From: Candidatus Methanomethylicia archaeon
GTDB taxonomy: Archaea > Thermoproteota > Methanomethylicia > CALHIW01
Direction: 5' to 3'
NCBI GenBank assembly: GCA_038845975.1
Contig: JAWBQF010000001.1
Location: 32,733 to 96,732 of the forward strand
Length of the DNA: 64,000 nt
Positions 1-11,113 of the stretch are shown here, one piece after another; position 1 is the first letter of the stretch; every line of letters begins with the position of its first letter. The translations under genes were made by a program, and so were the position numbers. The notes beneath the pieces were generated by a model. That model had not been told where the DNA came from. It ran no database searches and was given only the letters and a program-made list of their open reading frames with translations.

Positions 1-424
1 CATTCATTATTGGTAGAGCTGAATGGTTAAGTGGAGAACTTTAGGAACTTAATTTACACATCAATATAATGCCTTTAGTCCTAGAAGTAGTTAGAATCAA
101 TCTTTCCATCATTCAAATAGAGGACAGAATCCTCTTAACACCATATAATAAACATAGAATAAACAAGATTTAAAATAGGTAAACATCCAATACCAAGATT
201 ATTCTACAAAAATATTCATACTTTAACACTCAACTTGAGAAGATGAGTTTAAGTTGCTGCATTCTAAGCTCCATCAATCATTCCTGATTTCGTTTATTAA
301 GTATTTATTACGATGTAGTGCTCAGCTAAGAATGTAAAGCTTAACCTAGTATTGGACATATCCTTTATACCTCTAATTTACGATATTAAGGTCTATCACT
401 TCAATATAGCTTAGCTAGTCAGGA

Positions 425-475
425 GTAATCAACTGTAATCAACTGTAATCTAGCTCTCAGCAAACCTATATATAT
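425..475 (+). promoter_or_regulatory. Three phased GTAATC(AACT) direct repeats followed by BRE/TATA of the surface protein gene
   Basis: GTAATCAACT at 425 and 435, GTAATCTAGCT at 445, then CAAACC-TATATATA about 40 nt upstream of the ATG at 516. Confidence 0.6.
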
Positions 476-515
476 CCCACATTAAAGACTAATTTGGGAA
501 ACTCTGGTGTAAAAT

Positions 516-3500
516 ATGAGGAAGACAATATTAGCTTTAATACTAGTCCTAACAATAGTGTTTAGTGGACTATTTATAGTCCCAGTAACATTAACTGCAG
601 AAACATACGATGTAAAAATGAAACTAATAAGGGTAAGAGATGGAAGCGTTTGGGATTGTGGTGAACTCATTATAGAGAAATATGAATCTGTAAGAATCAA
701 CATTACTGCTCCATCAATAAATACAAGATATGGAAAGCCAGTATATAGATACAACTACTCTATAACAGTACTGGACCCAGAAGGACATATATTTAAAGAC
801 TGGTTTAATCTAGCACCAGGAAAGTACACGATCTTTACATATCCAGGTGGATTTACAGGTGCTACTACAAAGTATGAAGGTACATATACTATTCTAATTC
901 ATGAATACTACTTTGATGAATATGGTAACCCATGTATAACTCTTAGAGGTGAATGCACATTCATAGTAGAGCTGGAATTAAATGTTGAAGTAGAAGTTTA
1001 CAATACAACAATGGAAGTATCAGAGAAGGATGTTTGGAGATGTGATACTATAGTAAGAGTTGAAGCTATAATTACCCGTGCAGCAACAGGAGATGCTCCT
1101 AAGACTCCTGCAACTGTATATCTTACAGTTCACGACTCTACTGGTGTACCACTAGGATCATGGAGTATGATGCAGATAGGTCCTACTAGATGGAGAGCCA
1201 CAATTAATATGAGAATAAACTCTACAAATCCTACTGGAGACTGGGTTTTCGTAGTTGAAGCTACAGATGCTGATGGATACCATGGTAGAGGATCAACATA
1301 CATAACAGTTGTAGAGAAAAAAGATCAAGAACCAGACTGGGTTAAAGTCTATAAGCAGTGTGGTGGAGAAGAACCAACATTCCTAAGTGAAGGGAAAGGT
1401 ATTCCTAGATGTGTAACCCTACTAATAACTACCAAGCTGACTGAATGTGATGGTAAAATAGTTACTGGAAAGAATGGAACTGCAACAGCAATAATACAGA
1501 GAAAGGTAAAAACAACAGTAACAGTATGTGATGAATGGGAATGGGTTTGGGATCCTGAAGCTGGAGAATACGTTAAAGAGTGTAAGAAATCTCATGAAGA
1601 AACAAGATATACATGGGTTGAAGTAGCATCAGTCCCTATGAGCTATGACTATGATGATGAACGCTGGGAGGCATTATGGGATGTTCCATTAGACTTCCCA
1701 GTAGGAGATATGAGAATTAACATAACAGCTTCAGATACTGCTGTTAAACCAAATACATGGAGGTCTAGAGCTTACGAGTATAAGGTTACTAAAGCCAATG
1801 TTGATGTTAATGTATCCTTCGATAAGGATGTTGATGAAGAAGCTTATGAAAGATGTGAAACAATAACTATTACAGTTAAGGCTAGATACGACTGCTGCAA
1901 TAAGCCATTTACAGGTACAGGTACAAACGTAACAGCAGTACTATCATATAAAGGTACACTCATAAGTAAGGTGTATTTAAGCGATACAGGTATATCTGAT
2001 GCGGAAGGATATGAGGTATGGAAGGGAACTTATAAGATAAAGCTTTCAGATCCAGCATTTAAGGACGCCTTAGATGATGAAGCATTACAGTGGGATATAA
2101 TAGTTAGAGCATTTGATTCAGCAGATCCTGTAAATGAGGGGTATGTTTACGATAAGATTCCAGTAGAACCTGCAACAATAGATGTTAAAGCATCTATATG
2201 GTCTACAATGTCCTACGTTAAGGATGATACTGAGGAATGCAGAGCATTCATATACATGTGTATAAGCGGAACACTATGTGGTGAACCGTTAAATGACACA
2301 TACTGGGAGGATGATACAAAGATTGGTGAAACAAGAGTTGAAATAACTCTATATCATGAAGGTAAACCATTCCTAACCATAACCAATAAAGAAGAGCCAC
2401 CAGCTCAATATAGAGATATAGTTAGTAAAATACTGTGGAGTGAAGATACTAAGACATGGTGCTTTAATGCATGCATATCATGTCTTGGCTATGAATATCC
2501 AGGTGTATGGAATGCTACAGTAAAAGTTAAAACAATATTCTACAAGGTCACAAGCGATCCTAATGAAGGATCTAGAAAGGTAGGAACTCCAGTAGCAATA
2601 CTTGGACTTAAGAGCTGGAATGAAGAATTTGTATATGAAGGTATTGAGTATCCAGTACAGTATCGTAGTAGTATTGTATGGCTAAACCTAGACTGTCCAA
2701 TACGTCCATATACTTATTGTGGTGATAAGAGATATGTTCCTTCAGGCTACCTATACTTCGGAGTTAACCAAACCACTCCACTCTACTTCAACGTTACATT
2801 AATAGATGGTACGTTAAAGGCTGAATCCGTTACTGCTGAAATATGGAAGTATGTAGATGGTACTCCTACAGTTGTTGTTCCATCAATTACCTTACAGAAG
2901 GTCGATATGATAAAGGATGAGAAGAATCTATATCCATCAGGTACCGATAAGTATATGGGTTCAGTAACACCATGCTTATCTCCAGGAACATACTATGTGA
3001 AGGTTAAGGTTACATATCCAGGTACTTATGTTTCAGATCCTGTTGAATGCTGTCTCGTCTGTCCAGGATGCCCAGTTAGAGAAGTATGCTGCCCAGCTAT
3101 ACCATCCCTACCTGAAGTTCCAAGTAATGTTGTTGAGGGACATCTAGGAAGGGTAAAGATTGCTCCAATAATAAGTGCTACCAACTCAAAGATATCTACT
3201 GCAGCTGAGTATAATCCAGGTGATGTAATCGCCTTTGAGGGAGTAATTAAGGATGTATGTGCAGGACTTAAGGATGCTACAGTATCTATAAAGGTTAAGG
3301 ATCCTGATGGAGTAATCATATTCACTGATGAAATAACTACAACAACTGGAGGTGCATTACCATGGTTTGGATTTACACTACCAGCAAATGCAAAGCTAGG
3401 AAAATACACATGGGAGGCTGAAGTATCCTATGCTAAGAATTACGCCTACTACGAGGCAAGAACTCCATTTACTGTAAGCAAGTTCGGTGTTGAAAAAGTT

Positions 3501-4031
3501 AAACTTAGTGGAAGCTTTAATGTTGTAGCACTGCTTAAACCGAAGGTTTACTTAACACTTCCATCATGGGTATATAGTGACTCTGTTGTAAAGATAACTG
3601 CAGACGTATATAATGAAGCAACAGGAGCTAAGGTTAAGGGTGTGGTTTCAGGTGAAGTTGTAAGACCTGACGGAGTTAAGGAGACATTAACATTTACAGA
3701 GACAGCTCCAGGAGCATACTCTGCAACATATAAAGCACCAAGCATTGCAGGAACATATACGGTAGCCGTTAAAGCAACTGTAGATGGAAAAGTTGCCGAG
3801 GCAACAGGTAGCTTCTACGTAGAAATTAGACCAACAACTCCTCCAGTAACAACTCCTCCAGTAACAACTCCTCCACCAGTAACAACAACAGTAGTGACAA
3901 CAGTAACCCAACCACCAGTAACAACAACAATAGTTGCTCCAGTTGATTTAACACCAATCTACATATTGTTAATAATAGCAATAATAATAAGCTTAGCAGC
4001 ATTAGCAATAATACTAAGAAAGGTTAAATAA
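516..4031 (+). CDS. Large Cys-rich cell-surface protein (signal peptide, tandem Ig/MG2-like domains, Thr/Pro linker, C-terminal TM anchor); possible S-layer component
   Basis: MRK plus hydrophobic N-terminus; beta-rich repeats such as YNPGDVI..VKDPDG; PPVTT repeats; TM helix ending RKVK. Confidence 0.8.
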   Translation: MRKTILALILVLTIVFSGLFIVPVTLTAETYDVKMKLIRVRDGSVWDCGELIIEKYESVRINITAPSINTRYGKPVYRYNYSITVLDPEGHIFKDWFNLAPGKYTIFTYPGGFTGATTKYEGTYTILIHEYYFDEYGNPCITLRGECTFIVELELNVEVEVYNTTMEVSEKDVWRCDTIVRVEAIITRAATGDAPKTPATVYLTVHDSTGVPLGSWSMMQIGPTRWRATINMRINSTNPTGDWVFVVEATDADGYHGRGSTYITVVEKKDQEPDWVKVYKQCGGEEPTFLSEGKGIPRCVTLLITTKLTECDGKIVTGKNGTATAIIQRKVKTTVTVCDEWEWVWDPEAGEYVKECKKSHEETRYTWVEVASVPMSYDYDDERWEALWDVPLDFPVGDMRINITASDTAVKPNTWRSRAYEYKVTKANVDVNVSFDKDVDEEAYERCETITITVKARYDCCNKPFTGTGTNVTAVLSYKGTLISKVYLSDTGISDAEGYEVWKGTYKIKLSDPAFKDALDDEALQWDIIVRAFDSADPVNEGYVYDKIPVEPATIDVKASIWSTMSYVKDDTEECRAFIYMCISGTLCGEPLNDTYWEDDTKIGETRVEITLYHEGKPFLTITNKEEPPAQYRDIVSKILWSEDTKTWCFNACISCLGYEYPGVWNATVKVKTIFYKVTSDPNEGSRKVGTPVAILGLKSWNEEFVYEGIEYPVQYRSSIVWLNLDCPIRPYTYCGDKRYVPSGYLYFGVNQTTPLYFNVTLIDGTLKAESVTAEIWKYVDGTPTVVVPSITLQKVDMIKDEKNLYPSGTDKYMGSVTPCLSPGTYYVKVKVTYPGTYVSDPVECCLVCPGCPVREVCCPAIPSLPEVPSNVVEGHLGRVKIAPIISATNSKISTAAEYNPGDVIAFEGVIKDVCAGLKDATVSIKVKDPDGVIIFTDEITTTTGGALPWFGFTLPANAKLGKYTWEAEVSYAKNYAYYEARTPFTVSKFGVEKVKLSGSFNVVALLKPKVYLTLPSWVYSDSVVKITADVYNEATGAKVKGVVSGEVVRPDGVKETLTFTETAPGAYSATYKAPSIAGTYTVAVKATVDGKVAEATGSFYVEIRPTTPPVTTPPVTTPPPVTTTVVTTVTQPPVTTTIVAPVDLTPIYILLIIAIIISLAALAIILRKVK
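3831..3930 (+). repeat. Coding tandem repeat (ACAACTCCTCCAGTA)n encoding the Pro/Thr linker
   Basis: Repeated 15-nt unit encoding TTPPV. Confidence 0.8.
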
Positions 4032-4045
4032 ATACTAAATACAAA

Positions 4046-4060
4046 TATTTTTTATTTTTC
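4046..4060 (+). terminator. Oligo-T archaeal terminator
   Basis: T7-A-T5 tract just after the stop codon at 4031. Confidence 0.55.
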
Positions 4061-4769
4061 ATTCTTACTCAGGTATTGTTGATGTTTATTTCTATTATTA
4101 GATTATTCTTGCCTCTCTTTGAAGTTTGAATGGATTTATGTATGTTTTATGTTTTGCTTTGATATTCCTATGGTATGATGAGGATTTATCAGTATAAACA
4201 TTTAACCTGTTTTACCTACTCTTTAAGAACTTAACTATGGCGTTCTCTTCTACATTTTGATGTTATGTAATTTTATAATCCATTATACTCAACAATTATG
4301 ATTATGAATAATCCTCTATTTATACACCTTCTACTACGTATACTCTCAGTTTCTCTTCCAGGATTTCCACCTATAAATTTAATCTTGGCATTACTACTTC
4401 TACTCTTCAATTTAGCCTTAATGCAGGTTTCATTAACCCTCATTGAACCTACAATTATATGTTTTAATCTAACCCTATAGAAAGCATCCATAATTCTTCT
4501 AGCTACTCAATACATGATACCCGTAACTCCTACTTAATAACTCCTTATAGACAATAAGTATTGATGTATGTAAACATTTTAATAGATATATTAAGTAGAA
4601 CTAATTCTTAAGAAGAATTCTTAGATATGGGAAAATGGTCTTAGTCTTATCGTTAAACATCTTAAAGCAATTCTTACAGCAATACCTACAATATTACTCT
4701 CCATGTAATTCCACTTAATAACATCATATGAGCTACAATAAAACATCTAACATCATTAATCACTAACCA

Positions 4770-4900
4770 TGCTTTGTGGCTTAATTCTGAAATTTGCAAA
4801 TTCAAGTTTACATAAAGTACGAAAAAGCTTAATAAGCATTCCTATAACCATAGTATTTAATGATATAGATTACGAGAAATGAATATTAAGCCACAAAGCT
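4770..4900. mobile_element. MITE of about 131 bp (copy 1)
   Basis: TIRs GCTTTGTGGCTTAAT / ATTAAGCCACAAAGC; CTAACCA on both flanks; near-identical inverted copy at 52107-52238. Confidence 0.85.
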
Positions 4901-5077
4901 CTAACCAACCTAAATAGTATAAACTCCACTTAGAAAGAAGATAAAGAAAATCACATAAACTAAGATAGGAAAAAACATTAACAAATACCTGAGGAAAGAC
5001 AGTATTTTAATAATGTGTTAGGTTGAGATGTGGTTTACTTAATGAAAATTTATAAGCTTGTTTTCTACTTTCACTTT

Positions 5078-5536
5078 ATGTCGTCTCTTGCACCGTTTGT
5101 CCCAACCCCTCCTGATGTTATTTATAGAATGCTTAAGTTAGCTAATGTTGGTCCTGATGATGTTGTTTATGATTTAGGATGTGGTGATGGACGTATATTA
5201 ATAGCTGCTGTTGAGGGGTTTAAAGCTAAAATGGCTGTTGGTATTGAAATTAGGGACGATCTTGTTAAGAAAGCTCTTATTGAGGTTTCAAATAAAGGTC
5301 TTGAAGGAAGAATTAAAATAATAAATAATGACATATTTAATGTAGATATTAGCGAAGCAACTGTTGTTACACTATATTTAACCTATAGTGGTAATGCTAG
5401 ACTTAAACCTAAGCTTGAAAGAGAGTTAAGAAATGGTGTAAGGGTAGTATCTTACACATTTGAAATTCCAGGATGGAATCCTAGGAAAATCGATAAGTAT
5501 AGTGGTTGGCAAACCATATATCTATACCAGCTATAA
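5078..5536 (+). CDS. Class I SAM-dependent methyltransferase, archaeal protein-lysine methyltransferase (aKMT/FAM173-like)
   Basis: PFVPTP, YDLGCGDGR, TLYL and RVVS motifs; ATG at 5078 lies about 25 nt after TTTATAAG, so it is preferred over 5030. Confidence 0.8.
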   Translation: MSSLAPFVPTPPDVIYRMLKLANVGPDDVVYDLGCGDGRILIAAVEGFKAKMAVGIEIRDDLVKKALIEVSNKGLEGRIKIINNDIFNVDISEATVVTLYLTYSGNARLKPKLERELRNGVRVVSYTFEIPGWNPRKIDKYSGWQTIYLYQL

Positions 5537-5566
5537 GTAACTTCACTTTTAATTTTCAAATAGTAT

Positions 5567-6228
5567 GGCTTTATTAACTTAAGCATGTATCTTTTCATTA
5601 ATCCATGTTTGTTTAGTAGATATACTATTGACTTAATAAGCATTAATACATGTTCATTATCGCATTTATCCTCATGCATTATGCATAATTATTGAAATAT
5701 ACTGTAATTATTTTCCCATTAGATCTCTAACCTCTAAACTATACTTCATGTTTAGATTTGATATTCTACATGATGCTTTATAGTATTGAGCTCAATCACT
5801 TAGTACAATTATATTAGCCGTAGATAGCTCTAATCCTTTAATGTTAGTGGTAAAGTATATTTACAACATTGCAAAATCCATACGTATAGAATTCTCCTCA
5901 ACAATGGTTCGAATACAACATACATAACCCTATTCTTATACTACATTTATAATAGCATCATCAACTATAGCAATCCTAACATCTTCTCTATCGAATTCAA
6001 ATAGGAAGCTTAAAGAATTAAACCAGGACAAAAATAGATACATAACTCTTAGTACAATAAACTTAGAATATCCGAAACCATTCTAGAAGAACATGAACGA
6101 AAACATATATAAGCACCATAAACAACTAGAGTAAATGGAGTTTCCTCCCTAATAAACCTAATAACTTTAGACATAGATTCATCATAAATAAGGAAGAAAA
6201 TTTCAAAAAAGCTAAAGTTAATAAAGTC
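5567..6228 (-). mobile_element. Decayed IS6-family element (family A)
   Basis: TIRs GGCTTTATTAACTTAAGC / GCTAAAGTTAATAAAGTC; 8-bp TSD AATAGTAT; interior homologous to 39061-39746. Confidence 0.8.
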
Positions 6229-6286
6229 AATAGTATTAGTAAAAAAGTTAAAAAGGGTGTGTGGTACTGCCTATTGGGGTTTAAAA

Positions 6287-6607
6287 TTGAGTGACTGGAT
6301 CCAAACTAGTAGGGAGGTTTTAAAAAGGCTTAAAGAACTTCAAGAAATACCTAGTGCTGATAGACTTGACCTTCTTAAATCCATGAACTATTCTCTCAGA
6401 GCTATTGAAAGAAGCATTATTGGATGGCTTGAATGGATTAATAATCCAAATCTTATGGCTAGCTTTTCACTTGAGGAAATAAAGGAAATGCATAAAACAA
6501 TACTTGACTTTGCAATAAAGTTTCTAGAATATGATATTCAAGTTACTAAGATGGGTGAAGAAATAACTGCAAGAAAGGAGGGTAGGAGAGGATACACGTA
6601 TGTTTAA
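6287..6607 (+). CDS. DUF2153 family protein
   Basis: DRLDLL..RSIIGWLEWINNP..FLEYDI pattern; TTG start after a GGGG RBS. Confidence 0.7.
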   Translation: MSDWIQTSREVLKRLKELQEIPSADRLDLLKSMNYSLRAIERSIIGWLEWINNPNLMASFSLEEIKEMHKTILDFAIKFLEYDIQVTKMGEEITARKEGRRGYTYV

Positions 6608-6615
6608 GTGTTAAC

Positions 6616-6921
6616 ATGGATGCTTTAAATGTTATACTGCTCCAACTTGGAATTGGAGGTATTGGAGGCTTTCTCGTAGGATACGCTGTTAAAAAAGTAG
6701 CTAAAATACTAGCTGTAATCTTAGGACTTGGATTCCTATCCCTCCTCTACCTATCATATAAAGGTATTATCCAGATAAGCTATGATAGGCTTCTAGGTGA
6801 AGTTGAAAGTGGACTAAAATTTATTGGTATTGGGCAATCAGTAATTTCAAGTATAATTGCAAATATTCCATTTGCTGCAAGCTTCATTACTGGATTCATT
6901 TTAGGCTTAAAGAAGGGTTAA
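6616..6921 (+). CDS. FUN14 family membrane protein
   Basis: QLGIGGIGGFLVGYAVKKVAK..GII.I.Y and GFILGLK motifs. Confidence 0.85.
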   Translation: MDALNVILLQLGIGGIGGFLVGYAVKKVAKILAVILGLGFLSLLYLSYKGIIQISYDRLLGEVESGLKFIGIGQSVISSIIANIPFAASFITGFILGLKKG

Positions 6922-7491
6922 CAACTCCAACACGAATTCCTATGAAGTTATGAATGTCTATTAAATGAACTGTAGAAGTTAATTCTTCATCGTTAAACTC
7001 TACTCCTGTAGTTTATTATTATTTTACGTAACTCAATACAATGTTTAAATACTATCTTATTATTCCATCTTCATCATCTGAATGAACTATACTTCACCAT
7101 ACCAGATTCTTGAATAATCCTATAGGTATTCTTTAATTCATAAATATAAAATATTTAGATAAGTAAGTCGTAAAGCTTAAAGTAAATATTAGAAATATAT
7201 GGATTAAGCTAGAACATCAATTTTTAATAATTAATTTATTGGTAATAGTCCAATTTAGTTTGAGACCTGTAATACTTTATGTAATTTGCCAAGCTATAAT
7301 ATTATCCTAACATACTCTGATAATCATCAATTATAGGAATTAGGATGAAGCCAACTAAGCTTACTATTAATGTTACATATTAATTGAGTTTTTCCTATAT
7401 TCTTGTTAACCCAACCATTAACTATTACTTCATACTTAAGTTTCCCATCATGTAGGTTAAGCTTTTAAAGCTATTAATATTAGTTTAATGG

Positions 7492-7833
7492 ATGATTAAA
7501 GATTCAGATATTGAAAAATTTGCAACAGTAATTTATTATCAAAACCTACCCGAAGCTGAAAGAATGCTACTTAGACTTCAACAATACGTAAATGGTGAGT
7601 ATGTTGAGGGAGTTTTTAATGCATTGAAGGGTATTTGTAGTGCTGTAAGATTTCAGGATAAATCCTCAGTAATAATGAAAATTTACGGTAATTACAACCC
7701 AAAAAAGATAGATAAATTGATAGCTAAGATCCAGATGAGTTTAAATAGGGAGTTTATATCAAGCTATGAGAAAGGATATTTTGAAGCTTGGCTACAGATA
7801 CTGAAAACATTTAAGAAGCTGGTGGAGAAGTAG
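7492..7833 (+). CDS. Conserved hypothetical protein
   Basis: 113-aa ORF with upstream TATA; abuts rqcH. Confidence 0.6.
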   Translation: MIKDSDIEKFATVIYYQNLPEAERMLLRLQQYVNGEYVEGVFNALKGICSAVRFQDKSSVIMKIYGNYNPKKIDKLIAKIQMSLNREFISSYEKGYFEAWLQILKTFKKLVEK

Positions 7834-9782
7834 TGAATATATTGAAGAGTTCTCTTTCAGCATATGATATATACTTCATAGTAAATGAGTTAAAATCCTT
7901 AATCATTCCATCAAGGATTACAAACATATATCAACTATCTCCATCTATTTTCATTATTAAAGTTTACAACTCAAAACATGGAACTCTTGAAATATTAATT
8001 GATCCCAAAAGAAGAATTAATATAACGAATTATCCATATCCTAAGCCCGGTAAGCCCCCATCTAAGTGCTTAACATTAAGAAGATTAATTAGAGGCTCTA
8101 CTATAAAGAGTATTGAGCAAATAGATTTTGAAAGAGTAGTTGTATTAATCCTCTCTAAAAACAATGAAACTTACAAGCTAATACTTGAAATATTTAATAG
8201 TGGAAACATAATACTTGAAAGAAATGAAAGAATAGTATGGATTCTTAAAAGTAGAAGTACTGGGGATCGAAAGCTGGAAGCTGGACTTCCCTATACTCCT
8301 CCACGAATAGTTAAAGATATTAATAGTTTAATACTTGAAAATTTTAGAAATACTGATAAGTCATTAGCTAAATTCCTCCTCCTACATGTAGGACTACCTA
8401 TAGAGCTGACTAAAGAGATACTATACAGATTAAATCTAGATCCCAACATTAAAGCCAGTGAAGTTTCTGAAAATCAGATAGTTCAACTACTTGATAAAGT
8501 TAAGGAATTACTCAATGAGGAAGCTAATCCAAATATTGTAGAGACAAGCAAAGGATTAACTATTCACCCTATATTGTTCAAATCCGAATCTGGTAGTGTA
8601 AAGCTATATAAAACATTTAATGAAGCTGTAGATGAATACTTTAAAAATACTACAATTATGGAGATTTCTGAGGCTAGACTTGGAAGCATTAGGGATGAAG
8701 CTGGAAGATTAAGATCTACAATTAAAATTCAAGAAGCTAAAATAGCTGAACGCTATGAGGAGGCAAAGAAACTAAGACTTCAAGCTGAAAGGCTAAAATC
8801 CAATTTAAAAGTAATTAGTGAATTGTTAGAGTATTTAAAAAGGTATATTGATGACTATGGATGGAATAGTCTTGCTAGAGATGTTAGGAATGGAGCTGTT
8901 AAGCCACCATTAAATATTATTAGAGATATTGATTTGAAAAATAAGATTGTTAAGGTTAAGATTGATGATGAACTAATACCTATCATAGCTAATAAATCCC
9001 CATATAAAAGCATAGAGGCTCTATATACTAAAGCAAAAGAAATTGAAGAGAAAAATAGAAGAGGGGAAGAAGCTCTAAAAACTCTTAGAGAAAAGCTGAA
9101 AGCTCTTGAAGATAGGATTGAGAAGAGTGTTGAAGTTAAGATATTTAGGAAGAGTAAGGCATGGTATGAAAAGTTTCATTGGTTCATATCTTCTGAAGGA
9201 TTTCTCGTAATAGCTGGTAGAGATGCTACGCAAAATGAGGTTTTATATAGGAGATACATTGAGGCACATGATATAGTACTACATGCAGATATTCATGGCT
9301 CACCATTAACAGTGGTGAAAACGCAAGGTAGACAAGTAGGAGAGCAGACACTTATTGAAGCATCAATATTTACAGCTTCATATTCAAAGGCATGGAGGGA
9401 AAATATGATTGTTGATGTCTACTGGGTATATCCAAATCAAATATCTAAAACCCCACCTTCAGGGACATATTTAAGGAAGGGAAGCTTCATAATTACTGGA
9501 CGTAAAAACTATATTAAAATACCTGAAATTAAGATATCAATTGGACTTGTTAAAAATGAACATCTAAATATAATATATGGACCTGAATCAGCAGTCCGTT
9601 CTAAGACAAGATTTTATGTTTCAATATCTCCTGGAAACATTAATGTTGAAACCACATCAAAAATGGTTAAGAAACTGCTAATGGAGAAGGTAGAACCAAG
9701 TCTTAAAGATGAGTTAAGCAATATTTCTGAAGATGAAATAAAAACACTAATACCTGGGAAAGCTTCAGTTGTGTATAGCTAG
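7833..9782 (+). CDS. rqcH: Ribosome quality-control factor Rqc2/NEMF (NFACT)
   Basis: QIDFERVV, WYEKFHWFISSEGFLVIAGRDATQNE, LHADIHGSP and GSFIITG motifs. Confidence 0.92.
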   Translation: MNILKSSLSAYDIYFIVNELKSLIIPSRITNIYQLSPSIFIIKVYNSKHGTLEILIDPKRRINITNYPYPKPGKPPSKCLTLRRLIRGSTIKSIEQIDFERVVVLILSKNNETYKLILEIFNSGNIILERNERIVWILKSRSTGDRKLEAGLPYTPPRIVKDINSLILENFRNTDKSLAKFLLLHVGLPIELTKEILYRLNLDPNIKASEVSENQIVQLLDKVKELLNEEANPNIVETSKGLTIHPILFKSESGSVKLYKTFNEAVDEYFKNTTIMEISEARLGSIRDEAGRLRSTIKIQEAKIAERYEEAKKLRLQAERLKSNLKVISELLEYLKRYIDDYGWNSLARDVRNGAVKPPLNIIRDIDLKNKIVKVKIDDELIPIIANKSPYKSIEALYTKAKEIEEKNRRGEEALKTLREKLKALEDRIEKSVEVKIFRKSKAWYEKFHWFISSEGFLVIAGRDATQNEVLYRRYIEAHDIVLHADIHGSPLTVVKTQGRQVGEQTLIEASIFTASYSKAWRENMIVDVYWVYPNQISKTPPSGTYLRKGSFIITGRKNYIKIPEIKISIGLVKNEHLNIIYGPESAVRSKTRFYVSISPGNINVETTSKMVKKLLMEKVEPSLKDELSNISEDEIKTLIPGKASVVYS

Positions 9783-9840
9783 ACACAGTACTTATCTGGA
9801 AAAATATAAATAATATCTCCCTATACTTACTTAGATAAGT

Positions 9841-10413
9841 ATGACCTCTATTAGATCAAGACTTCTCGTTAAGGATGTTATGACTAGAAGCATCATATCC
9901 ATTTCCCCTAAAGCCTCCATTACTGAAGCTGCAAGAATTATGAGTGAGAAAGATATTGGAGGTGTACTTGTAATTGATGAAAATAAGCCTGTTGGAATGC
10001 TAACTGAAAGAGATATTGTTAGGAGAGTTGTAGCGCAAGGGTTAAACCCATCAAATACTAGAGTTGAGGAAGCTATGTCAGCCCCACTATTCTTTATAGA
10101 TGCAAACGCTGAAATTTCAGATGCTGCAAGGCTCATGGCTACCGAGAATATTAGACGTCTACCAGTAATGGATAAAGGTAAGCTTGTAGGAATATTAACA
10201 ACATATGATATTCTTACAATAGCTCCAGAACTATTTGATACTTTATCAATACTTAAAGCCCAGCCTAAATCTAGAGAGTCTAAATCTAGACGTAATGATT
10301 TTATGATTGGATGGTGTGATAGCTGTAGTGAATGGTGTGACGATTTAAGGGAGGTTGACGGTCAATATCTATGTGGTGAATGTTATTTTGAACATGTAGG
10401 CTCAGAAACGTAG
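9841..10413 (+). CDS. CBS-pair protein with C-terminal Zn ribbon
   Basis: Two CBS repeats (VGMLTERDI, IRRLPV) plus CDSC..LCGEC. Confidence 0.88.
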   Translation: MTSIRSRLLVKDVMTRSIISISPKASITEAARIMSEKDIGGVLVIDENKPVGMLTERDIVRRVVAQGLNPSNTRVEEAMSAPLFFIDANAEISDAARLMATENIRRLPVMDKGKLVGILTTYDILTIAPELFDTLSILKAQPKSRESKSRRNDFMIGWCDSCSEWCDDLREVDGQYLCGECYFEHVGSET

Positions 10414-10486
10414 ATCTAAATGGCTTTTATAACTTCATCAAAATTAAGCTCAACATTAAATTATGAAATTAAGGTATTATTGAAGT

Positions 10487-10981
10487 ATGGCTGATCCTAT
10501 ATTCATAGTTGATGGAATGCTTGGCAATCTTGCTAGATGGCTTAGAATACTTGGATATGATACTATGTACTGTCCTCTTTCAGATGATATAATATTGGAG
10601 AAAGCATATAGTGAGGGAAGAATACTATTAACTAAGGATAAAGCTTTATTTAGGAGTGCTGTTAGGAAGGGAGTTAAATCAATACTTATAGATGGTGAAA
10701 ATATTGCAGATATCTTACTAAACATAGCTTTAACTCTAAATATTAGAGTTAAACCTCAAAAAACGTCACGCTGCCCAATTTGTAATGGATATCTTAATGA
10801 GGTTGGAAGCAATAATATAAGAAATCTTGTTCCAAAAAATATTCTTAGTAAAAACAGTATTTTCTGGATTTGTAGAAGTTGTGGAAAAGTTTACTGGCAT
10901 GGCTCACATTGGAGATTAATAACATCAACGTTAAGTAGAGTAGATAAAATGATTAAAAACGTCAACAAAGCTGAAATTTAG
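10487..10981 (+). CDS. Mut7-C RNase (PIN-like) domain protein
   Basis: DGMLGNLARWLRILGYD, RCPICNG and C..CGKVYW.GSHW motifs. Confidence 0.9.
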   Translation: MADPIFIVDGMLGNLARWLRILGYDTMYCPLSDDIILEKAYSEGRILLTKDKALFRSAVRKGVKSILIDGENIADILLNIALTLNIRVKPQKTSRCPICNGYLNEVGSNNIRNLVPKNILSKNSIFWICRSCGKVYWHGSHWRLITSTLSRVDKMIKNVNKAEI

Positions 10982-11113
10982 CTTTCCAACATTAATTTAA
11001 AGTATAATATTCTCTTAAAGCAATGATTTAAGACATTTATCATAAACCCTTCAAATCCACTAGTACCCAGGAAAACTTATAAATCCTTAGGATACTGTCT
11101 ATAGGGTGGCATA

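Noticed and set aside
3687-4008. Minus-strand ORFs with poly-Leu and YWRSC repeats
   Set aside because: They are antisense shadows of the Thr/Pro linker repeat of the surface protein
4100-4740. Short ORFs 4273-4491 and 4298-4480; also the 1-350 and 15100-15520 intergenic tracts
   Set aside because: They look like eroded mobile-element DNA, but motifs and ends are too degraded to call with confidence
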